DNA of 64,000 nucleotides from Eledone cirrhosa. Its lineage: Eukaryota. A program made the translations under genes and the position numbers. Position 1 is the first letter of the stretch; every line of letters begins with the position of its first letter. The notes beneath the pieces are model-generated. The model saw only the letters and a list, made by a program, of their open reading frames with translations, was not told the origin of the DNA and made no database searches. Positions 29,601 through 41,600 of this stretch are shown piece by piece. The stretch spans positions 303,428,001 to 303,492,000 of the forward strand of contig OZ024740.1 of assembly GCA_964016885.1 (NCBI GenBank), written 5' to 3'.

Positions 29601-32600
29601 CCCTGTGGTTGAAATATTGTAATTATTGCTATTTCCATTGTAGTAGTTCTGAATGCAATTGTTGGTGGTTGTGGTACTGTAGTTGTTGTTGTTGTTACTG
29701 GACATATTTAGTTGAGAATAATCCCCATATGATGAAACTGTTGGTTCCTTTGAACCAGAATATAAACTGTTCTGTTGATTATAATGACCAGTAGGATTTG
29801 GTGAATATGGCCACCCATTTTGGTACCCATGTATTTGAGTGCCCCAGCCATAGTTCTGACAATATGACATATTATTATTATAATTATTAGTATTGTTATT
29901 TAATTTGTTACAGTTTTGTTGCGAATCTGAAGAATTCTGTATATAAGGATTTGGAGAAGAACTTTTCTGACATTTACTGTCTTGCTTTTTCTCTTTTTTT
30001 ATTTTCTTTTTTTTCATTTCAACAGAAGATTCTCGTCCTTTCTGAGAAGTGGATGGCTCCACTGACCGATTTGAAGAACATGAAATACCACCAGAAGCAA
30101 AAGTTAGAGGTTGTGATAAATAAGATGGTGGAGCACAAGCTCCAAATATAGGTCTCTGCCACTCATTTGTAGCAGCCATTGCTGTACCAGACATCACATA
30201 TGTAGAGCCATATGAGTTAGTATAATTGGTGTTGTTGGGGCTCTGCCATTGGTTGTGATAGCTATAGGAATCAGAAACTTCAGTAGAATGCCTGAATGGA
30301 AAAGAGTGAAGTTAGGGGGTCAGTAGAACATGCCAAATGGAACACTGACCAAACTAAAAGTTGAAATTTATAGAAAACAATTATTAAGAAAAAGGATAAA
30401 ATAAAAACTTTACATTTAAAAATATTTAATTTAATCTTATATCTATATCTGTTGAAAGAATTAACTTCAAATTAAAAGTGGAAGTACATATATAACTGAA
30501 AATGAAGGTCGTTTAGATTTTGAAAATATGAGTGGGTAACAAATAGATCAACATGATTTAACATACCAAATTCAAAAGCTTCTCAAATTACTTCAAAACA
30601 ATAAGGATACACTGGCTCTGAGTATTCTCTTCCATGAAATTCAAACAAGGCACTAAACTATTTATCGCATGGTTAAAGTCTGTCTCAAGCCAGGAGACTT
30701 GATAGGCCAGTGCTTATCCTGGTTTCATGGCATGAAGCAATAGAGTACAAGACTCTCTGCTGGACAGGACGCCAGTCCATTGCAGGGTTAAACTCCCAGC
30801 TATTGCTGGTACTCATTTTCAGGTGAGTATATTGGAGCAAAGTGAAAGGAAGTGTTTTGCTCAAGAACACAACACACAACCCAACCCATATTACGATCAT
30901 AAGTCCAACACCCTTACCACTAGGCCATGCACCTTCACTATCAGTACTACCCTATTTAAATATATAGATTGCAAGCAAACAAGAGAGACTATGTGATCAA
31001 GTGATCTGTTAGAAATATCAGCCACCTAATATCACATTTGACATTTTAAAAATAGAACACAATTTGTTTCTTTGTGGCTTAGTAAGGAAATATTCCTCAC
31101 CCACAACCTTTACAAGCCCTCCAAGACTGGTGAGATAGATCAATATGGCTGATGTTCAGCTTGATATATTGCATCTGAAATAAAAAGACAACGTAATCAT
31201 GAATGAAATGCCTTTGATCATAGGTTTGCTTGATTAGAACTGAGCTGGAGCTAAACAACAATAACATATACCTAAGAGGTGAATATCATGTAATGTCCAA
31301 CCTCACTTTGGCCATTAAATATCAAATATTCAACTGACAACTTACATTTTCCATTTGGGTTCATTCTGAAACTGTACAGTCAAGATGTCTTCATCCTGTT
31401 CGGTACCCAGCTTATGGTAATAAAGCTTATTATAAAGATTGGTGGTTGTCTCTGTGCCATCAGATTTACCATCAACAGGATATCTCTACGGAAAAGGAAA
31501 GAAAAATGGACGTTAAATGGTGATGATGATGATTATATGTAAATGGCAAATTTTAAACAATGTTTTACTAATGTAATTCTCAAATTATTGAGACTATATC
31601 AGAAGGGGCTGTCCTGGAAGTAAATACAAACAACATCCAGACTATCAACTTAGATTATGTTGGCTCTTTCTCCACTTTTTAACCCTTTAGTTACCAATCT
31701 TGCCAAAACTGGCTCTGGTTCTACAAAATAAAATCACCCATTTTAAAGGTTTCCAATTTAAATTAAAATCTTCCAACAATTTTATATAAAGAACCTTACA
31801 TTAAATTATTATTTTAGTAATGAAATAATAATGTTAGTAAATCCCTCAAAATTCTTCAGTAATTAATTATAATAGAGTCTATTTCATGTCCTCCACCTGC
31901 CACCAGATCATCCTACCAGGGCCTTACTCTCATTCAACGCAGCAGCTACAAGCTGGAAGAGGCCCCGTGGCATGCCCTGCACCAGATGGCTGGATATCAC
32001 CAAGGAAGATCTCCAGAGGCACGACCTCACATTGGAGGATGCAGAGGGGCTGGCACAGGACTGCAAGCACTGGTGCACCTGGTCAGTTCTATACATGATT
32101 ATGCCTCTGGAATCACTGACCTAGGATACCCCAGTCTCATCAAGAAAGAGCAAGAAGGAGAAGTATTTCATTAGAAATGTGGTCATGAAAGGGTTAACAC
32201 ATCATTTTGTTCTAACTTAACCAAAAGAGAACAATACTTACATTGTAAAACATTCCTTTGTTATCATGAGTCCAAGCCATACTTGAGAATTTGACATGTT
32301 TTAGTGTATCAGGAAGATCTTCAGCGGAAGGAGCTTTCTTGAACTGAAAAAAGTAAATTAAAAGTATTGAATTATTTTAAACAAATTAATGTACTCTTCA
32401 GTCCCAAATAATAAGGGAGTGGAATAAGCAGGGAAATCGACAATTTTTTCCTCTAGGTTGTCTCCCTTTGTTTTTTATTTTTAAACCAGAATTAGTCGTT
32501 TAGTTTACATATTGTGACAACCAATCCACTATGAAGTGGTCGTGTAGGTGTCATGAGAAAAAGCACCCAGTACACAATGTAAATGTGGTTGGCATTAGGA

Positions 32601-35600
32601 AGGGCATCCAGCCATAGAAACCAAGGCAGAATCACTTCTGTATGAGCAAAACACGGTCATCTGACCAGGCTTGTCTCACAAGACAACTTATCTAACCCAT
32701 GGAAAAATGGACGTTAAACAATGATGATGATTAACTAAGTTATAGTTAATAATATTGTTACGATTCCAGTACCTCTTACTAATTCATGTTATTCATGCAA
32801 CAAATAGGAAATTAAAGTGTAAGACTATTAATGGAATGTGTAAGACTGATAGTGGAGTTAACACATATATACTGGAATGAGTAAGACTATTAGGAGTTAA
32901 CACATACATAATGGAATGTGTAAGACTGTTAATGTAGTTAACATATATATGATGGGATGTGTAACACTGCTAGAGCATTTAACACATACATAATGGAATG
33001 TGTAAGACTGTTAATGTAGTTAACATATATATGATGGGATGTGTAACACTGCTAGAGCATTTAACACATACATAATGGAATGTGTAAGACTGTTAATGTA
33101 GTTAACACATATAATGGAATGTTTATTTCCTGGAAAAAACTACCAACCTGTATTGTGATCCAATCTGAACCACATTTACTGAGTCCATAAGCAAAATATG
33201 AACCATCTTCAGAGAATGCAGTGCCACTGATAGATAAAGTGCCATCTTCAGACAATGAATTAGGGTCCAAAAACACGCGGGGTTCACTTTTCAAGGTATC
33301 TTGAACATACAAGACACTAGAAATCATTAAAAAAGACAGTAAATAATGACAATCTTTTGTTTTATATATATAATTTCTTGACTGAAAAAACATTTATTTC
33401 TAACAATGCATTGCCTAAGAGAAATTATAAACTATTAGTTGAATAGTCAATACTTTATTATCAGTTCTATCAATAGTCAATACTCTATTATCAGTACTAT
33501 CAATAGTCAATACTCTATTATCTGTAATAAGCTATATCCATGGTTAAGATATATAGGTGGTTCAGGTTCAGTTTACAGTTGAAATAATGTTTCCATACAT
33601 AAACACATCTCCATTAAAGTAAATAACAAGAGAATGTTTTCTACCATTTAGTTAGAAAGGGCAGCATCCATGACCAATATTTACTTTTTTCCAAATGCCT
33701 TTGAAATTATCTTCAAACCAGAAATATGGTCTGAATGCTGGCAACAGAGTGGACACTACTAAAAATACCAAGTGACCAAGTGTTGAATGTTAAAGCTAAA
33801 AGTCTGTCTCAAACCAGAGGCTCATTTGACCAATGCTTATCCCTGTTTCGTAGCATGAAGCGACTGAGAGTACAAGACTTCCCCATAGACAGGATGCCAG
33901 TCTATCATAGGGTTGTATGCATACAATTAATAAGTGTTTTGTTAGCTCGCAGTGCTGGGTTCAAGACTTACTGGGTTCAAGGCAACAGAGAAATAATAAT
34001 GTATTCTCCTCAAGAAATCCTAAATCTATCTCCTTGACACAACTTCAGTATATCATTGTGTGAGAGAAAGGCAGAGCTTGAACAAGTTGAGGGAGAAACT
34101 GGGTTTAAGAGGAATCTGAGGTGGTGAGCAGGAGAGAAGACTGTTGGTATGGACATGTGATGCACATGTACAATGATAGTTGAGTGAAGAAATGCCAGGA
34201 AATAACTGTGGATGGAAGCTGCAGTAGAGGTAGACCAAGAAAGACCAGGGCAGAGGTGGTGAGAGCTGACTTCAAATAACAGACTCACAGAGGAGATGAC
34301 GAAGAAATGTGGTGAGTGGAGAGATGCCGTGCTGAGAAGGACTTGTCCAACCCATGCAAGTGTGGAAAAACAGACGATGATGATGATATAAGAAAACAAC
34401 AGCAACATTGACTCTTTCGTTATTCTCTCTACTTTCCCTCCCTCACTCCTTAACCCTTTCATTACTATCTACTCTCCTTCTCTCGCTCCTTAACTATTTC
34501 CTTACTCTATCTCTAATGAAATACACTATATTTGAATTAGTTACAGAAGAGATTTACTAAAGTTATTAATTATTTCATTATTAAGATGGCATTTGTAAAA
34601 AGTAAAATTATGTTGGAAGGTTTGATTTTAAAAGAAAACCCTTTAAATTTTCATATCACTTCTTGAAAATACAAATCTATTTTAAAAAATAAAATAAATT
34701 CTAAATAAAAAAACAACTGAGTACTGACCTCTGATTCTGTAGACCAGAATTACAATAGTAATAATAGGATCCACCATGCTCAGCCGGTGAGCTGTACTTA
34801 GCAAAGTTCCATTTCTCTGTCAAGCTGAAAGGAAAAATAATAAAGTCATAAACATTTTCCTTAAACTATACATAAAACTAAATGTTTGTAAAATCAACTG
34901 GATTAGCTCTAGTAGGGTAATACATTTATTTTATTAAACCAAATGAAAGGAAAGAGTAAAAACAAAAAAATTGACCCTGGTGGGATACAAGCTTATAAAG
35001 GAATGTTTATCATCACTGTCCTCTAATCTCTTAACATCCTGTACCACATGAAACTGCATAAGCAAGACATACTTGAAAAATACAAAACAGAACTATGGCT
35101 GAATAGTAGTGCAGTTTGTTAATTCAAATGTTTATAGTATTTTACTAGTGGACTTATGTTTTAATTATCTATAAAGCTTCAGAAGAAATATCTTCTCTCA
35201 CTCTCCCTCCCTTTACTTTAGTTTATTGCAAATTTTGACAATAATCCACCAGTAAAATACTATAAACATTTGAATTAACAAACCAGTTTTTAGATATTTT
35301 CAGCTAAAATCATTACAAGATGTTCAGAGTTAAATATACTTAACAGGAAGACTTCATGTGATATACTAAGCTGGAAACTTAAGTTCTAAATATATCTACA
35401 AGGAAGCTATCAAATAATTGTTTCTACTTTTGGGTCAAGGCCAGCAATTATCCCAGTGCATTACTGGTACTTTATTTAATCGACCCCGTTAGGATGAAAG
35501 GCAAAGTTAACCTTGGCAGGATTTGAACTCAGATCGTAAAGGCCTGTAACTCCATGCTGCAAAGCATGGCGTCCGACCTAACGATACTGCCAATCCACAG

Positions 35601-38600
35601 CTATCAAATAATAAGCTATCAGCAAAGTCCGTCTCAAGCCAGGGGGATCATCAGGCTGGTGCTTATCCTGGTTTTGTTGTGAAACGACAGAGTACAAGAC
35701 TCTTCTTCCCTCCCCTGGACAGGATGCCAGTCCATTGCAGGGGCAAACTCCCAGCTATTGCTGGCACTTATTTTCAGCTGAGTATACTGGAGCAACGTGA
35801 AATGAAGTGTTTTGCTCAAGAACACAACACACAACCCAGTCCAGGAATCGAACCCACGATATTATTATCATAAATCCAACAGAGGGGAAAAAAACCAGCT
35901 GGCAGGAGACACAGGGGCAGACCCCGGGTAAGATGGTTGGATTACATCCATGAGCTCAGCTGGTCTCCCTTGGGGATCCAGCCAGATCAGTTGGAAATGG
36001 TTGCTTCTGAGAGGACCCACTGGAAGGAGTGTTTGAGGATTCTGCCCCTACAACTCTCTCGAGAATAAATGGGTGAAGAAGAAGCTGGTATTTGAAAAAA
36101 AAGAAAAAAGAAAAACAACACTAATTAAGACAAGATTTTGAAATATTGCTCTTAAAGATATTTTAACAAACCTCTCATGGATCTTCTGCCTACGAGGACA
36201 CTGCTCAATGAATGGCTGGCTAATGGAATTCTGAGCATCAACAAATGCAACAGTTTCTTTAGCGTCAGGGTCTTCCAACCATCGGTAAGGATCTGCAACC
36301 TAGACAATTGTAGTTGGATTAATAATAATTGTTTTCAAGCAGGGAAAGCAGACGTAAAATGATGATGATGTAGATCACAGGTTCTCAACCCATTTAGGCC
36401 AAACGCCCCCTTTTGATCCTTGAAATGACGAAACGCCCCCCCCTCCCCTTACCCTATTTTTAAATTTTTCAATATACTACTGATTTTGATATCAGTAGAT
36501 TACTAATAAATTGATTAACAATATTCCAAAGATACCATTGCAGGCAGCTGAGAGTATAAATACATTCCTTGAAAGGAAATATATAAATTTAAAAAAAAGG
36601 AACATAAATGTTCTTTTTTATGAATAAGGACCAGTTGAATTTGTTGTATTCCCACCAGGTGATACCAGCTATTTTGAACATTTATACAAGAGCAACTCTG
36701 TCTATCCCAAGTGTGCTCTTATCTGGAAGAAAGTGGCAATTACATCATTTCAAAGCTTTCCAATTTTCCCTTTAATGAAATGGACAGAATAAATATTGAT
36801 ATCTAACTTGATGTCCCCTCTGCTTTGTGAGATTAGAAACCACGGAAGAGGGTTTTCATGACCACGCAGGAGGATATATTTATTAATAAATGGTAAAATA
36901 TATACAACAAATGAGTAATTGAATTGTAGTAGATGGTTTCCAGTCCAGTCAGACTGCAACTACAAATAAAAAAATTGTTAGTTTGCTTTGTAACAATAGC
37001 ATATCCAAGTTTTCGGATAAATCAACTTACTTTAACTCATTTCAATGGAACCCTTGAGCTTCATGGAGTCTAGCTAACTCTTTGACGTGAGGCTCAATTT
37101 TCCAAAGATGTAGCCGGAGATCTCCACATGTAATTACATTGTAGCGGTTGCGAGCCTTACTGTGCAGTCTGGAAACGGCACCAAACCTCCTCTCGACTAA
37201 GTATGAGCTTGGAAAAGGCAGAGCAAATCTCTTAGCCTCTGCATGTAGGTGTGGAAATCGACGCTGAATTTCCTCTTGCATCCAAAAAAGGGGTTCACCT
37301 ATTTTGGGAAATCTAATTTTGATCATGTTATCTGCTTGAAGTTCAATGAATTCTTCCTGAAATATAACGTCCAAATCATCGACGTTAGCTGTGAAGGGAT
37401 CTGCTACCCACATTGGGATTTCCATCGGCAAAAGGTCGACAAACCGTTCTCTCATGCTGTCGTGTAGTGCATGGAGGTGAGTGGTATAAATTCGGAGTTG
37501 GTCATCGCTTACAATGTTTTGAACATTGGCGACACTAGGAAAATTAGAGAATTCCCGTCAACAAAGATTCCTTTCGATGACATTCAATTTGGCCAGGAAT
37601 GTTTTCATAGCATTCCTTGCTTTAAGCAAGGCGATCTTCTTCCCCTGCAAAGCCAAAATGACGCTATTGCATTTGTCGAAGATGTTGGTGAGGTAGGCGC
37701 AGTCTTGCCTCACATCAAGGGTTTTCTTGTACAGTTCTGTGTTGTGTCCTCACAGAAACTCAATGATAGAGTCGAAGAGTTCAAAGAAGTGAGTAAAGCA
37801 CTTGCCCTTTAAAAGCCATCTCACTTCAGTATGAAGGAGCAACTTGACGAATTCTTCGTCATTATCTTGGCACAGTTGCCGGAAAATTCGTTCATTGAGG
37901 GAATGCCGTTTGATAAAATTGATGACATCAATGGCCACCTGCAAGGACTTGCTCAGCGGCTTGCTGAGTTTCTTCGCAGCCAAGTGTTGTCAATGAATAA
38001 AAAATGAACAACAAATACAGATAGATTTTCTCTCTTCAGAAGAGTGACGAATCCCTTATGTTGGCCGACCATTGCTCTTGCGTCGTCCGTAGCACATGAT
38101 ACAATATGTGTTGCATGTGGTCCTAGATGTATATATTACCTGCCTGTGTGTTGTATGTAGTCCTAGATGTATGTATTACCTGCTTATGTATTGCATGTGG
38201 TCCTAGATGTGTGTGCTACCCGCTTCTGTTTTTTCTTTTCTTTTTTTTTTATTTGTAATATTCATCATCATCATCGTTTAACGTCCATATTCCACGCTTG
38301 CATGGGTTTGGACGGGGGTTTTCCCACTTGAGGCAAGAGTGGCTGTCTTGCTCGCATAGGACTGTCTGGCGGGCTTTCTACGGCTGGATGCCCTTCCTAA
38401 CACCAACCACATTTACAGTGTGGGTCTGGGAGGTTTTTACCGTGTTGCCTACACGGCCACATTACAGCGTGGACTGTGTGTTTTTTTGTCGTGACACCTA
38501 CACGACCTCATTTGTTTTGGGCTGGATGTTGTGACACCAACACAACTTTACATTGAAGGGGTGGTGTGGATGGGGTGGGGGTAGTGGGACGGGGGTGTAT

Positions 38601-41600
38601 TTTGTTAGAGGTGCCTACTGACTGTAGTAGGTTTCACTTTGTACTTAGGTAAGGCGGGTCTTCTCTATTACTGTGTAGCGCCAAAGCTCTCGGTCCAGTG
38701 ACATTGTCTTGGAGGGGTGTAAGTGTGTGAGGTCAGAATTTATCAAGTCGTCCCAGGTTTTTCTGGGTCTGCCTACTCCGTGGCTACCGTCTATCTTTAT
38801 TGCCCTGCACTTTTTTATACAGCTGTCGTCTTTCATGCGCATCACGTGACCATGCCAACGTAGTCTTCTCTCGAGTAAACAACATCTGATCCCTCTTATT
38901 TCTAATTTCTCCCTTAGTACGTTTATGCTTTGCCGTTCACGTATGTTACTATTACACATCCAGCGGAGCATGCAAGCTTCGTTTCTCTCCAGTCTGCGTA
39001 TATCCTCAACACAATGCCCAGGTCTCACTGCCATGTAACATTGCTGTTCATATGCAGGCATCATACAGCCTGCCCTTCATTTTTAGAGAGAACCCTTTAG
39101 CGGCCAATAGTGGTATAAGTTCTCTGAATTTTTTCCATCCCGTTCTGACCCTAGCTACTGTACTTTCAGAGCACCCTCCCCCACTGCCAATTTTATCACG
39201 CAGGTAACGGAAGCTGTCCACTATTTCTATAGAACCATCTGTGCAATGGAACGAGTTAGTATTCTGTGGGCACTTGCTGCTACTTATTGCACCAGAGCAC
39301 CGGCCACATATAAAATCTATATTCTTAGATAGTTTACCTGTGATCCCACTACATCTTTTATGTACCCATACTTTGCATTTGGGACATAAAATGGAGTTTC
39401 TACCTACTCCTTTCCTACACACTGAGCATGGCCATTTCCCAGATGGGACCGGTGCCCTATTTTCCTTCCTACAAACTAGAACTTTAGTCTTAGACAAGTT
39501 AACTTTAAGGCCTTTTGATTCTAGGCCATGCTTCCATGTTTGGAATTTCTTCTCTAGTTCAGCCATTGATTCAGCTATGAGCATTAGATCATCTGCATAT
39601 AGGAGTTCCCATGGGCAGCCGGTCTTGAACTCCTCTGTTATAGCCTGAAAGGCAATAATAAATAGTAGGGGGCTAAGGACGGAGCCCTGATGAACACCAA
39701 CTTTTCCGCTAAACTCTTCACTATATTCATTGTTAATTCTAACCTTGCTGGCTGTTTCTTTATACATGGCTTGTATAGCTCTCACAAGCCATTCATCAAC
39801 ACCTAGTTTTCTAAGGGCCCACCAGATAATCGAGCGGGGTACTCTGTCAAAGGCTTTCTCCAAGTCAACAAAAGCTAAGTATAGGGGTTTACATTTAGCT
39901 AGGTACTTCTCCTGTAGTTGTCGTACAATGAAAAGAGCATCTGTTGTACTTTTACCTGACACAAACCCGAACTGCATTTCATCTAGCTCAATTCGCTCTC
40001 TGATTAGTTGCGCTATTACTTTTTCTGTGACCTTCATGACCTGGTCAATTAATTTAATGGCTCTATAGTTTCCCCTATCTAGGGCACCACATTTACCCTT
40101 GTAGCAGTTAATGATGATGATGCTGCGCCAGTCCTTCGGAACGACCCCACTCTGTATGACTTGGTTTACTATCCGGGTGACCATAGTGTGTCCCACCGTT
40201 CCAGATGCTTTCAGCATTTTGGCAACTATTTCCGAAGGCCCGGCCGCCTTGCCCGTCTTCATGTCTTTGATCGCCTTACTTATTATACTACCTTCAACTT
40301 GCACTGCTGGTCCCTCTATTGGGTCGATGTGGGGGAGACTGTCTTTCTCCCAATTATTCTCCTCATTTAGTAGCCTTTCGTAGTGACACTTCCAAGCTAC
40401 CTTCTTATCAGCGTCAGTGATGGCAAGTACACCAATTTATACAATAGGGAATAAAATAGATCTACATAGTGTTAACTCGTTACGGTTGAGTCAATAATTT
40501 CAGACATGAAATACATTGTTATCGGCGAAGGAAAGATAAGATTCTAACTGGCTGCGCTCAAAGTGTCCTTGACCCAGTTGACTGTGTTTTTTCCATTTTT
40601 AGAATCTCAATTACCGGTTAATGTCTCAATTACCGGACACGCCTGCACACAGCTGTGGTCAGACTATAGTTATGCTGTCTGCAAGCTCATTCAAATGCAT
40701 TCACACTGGCTGTCTCAAAGACATACAAATATGGCTTATAAAACTTACCAAAATAAAAAGCCTTCCAGCACCCCCCTTATCCCCCTCTCCAGCTCCAAAC
40801 GCCCTCCTGGAGTTCCGAACCGTTCATGAAAAGGTTAATAATTGTTTCTACTTTTGGCACAAGGCCAGCAATTATTCCAGTGTATTACTGGTACTTTATT
40901 TTATCGACCCCGTAAGGATGAAAGGCAAAGTTAACCTCGGCGGGATTTGAACTCAGACCATAAAGGGCCGTAACTCTTTGCTGCAAAGCATGGCGTCCGA
41001 CTCTCTACTGATACTGCCAATCCACCGCTCTGAAAAGGTTAATAATGGTTTCTAACAGCTACAGGGTCACAAATTTTCTATGGGTGGTATAATTAATTGA
41101 ATTCACTCCAGTATTTCTCTGGTACTTATTTTATCAAACCCCAACAAAAGCTGAAAAGGTAAAGCGATTTAAACAGAAAACACAGTGACATAACTTATTA
41201 CTACAGAGGATGTATGAGATATTTGTATAAACAAGAGATATCTATATAAATACATTATCATTATCATCATAGTCTCTTAACCCTTTTCAGGGTCATTGAG
41301 ACATTGCAGTGTTTAACGCTGCACCAAATGCTTCCATTTCTGGTGGTCATAGGCTTCATTAGGTACTGGAGTAAGGCTTGGGTTGTGGCAAAGTTCTTTA
41401 CTGTCCAATCGACTATGTTGTCTATTCACTGCTTTCCCTGTCTGCCCTGCCTTCTCTTTCCTCACACTGTTCCTTGGAGAATTGTCTTGGAGAGTCCGTT
41501 CGATCTTATTACATGCCCAAACCACCTCAGCTTCCTCCTTTTCACCGTAGTCAGCAAAACTTTAACGTGATTCACATGCTGGGTGATTCTTATGTGGACC

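Noticed and set aside
28560-30197. Reflectin or suckerin homolog
   Set aside because: It is Tyr-rich but lacks the Met/Asp reflectin repeat and the Gly-Gly-Tyr/Ala-His modules of suckerins.
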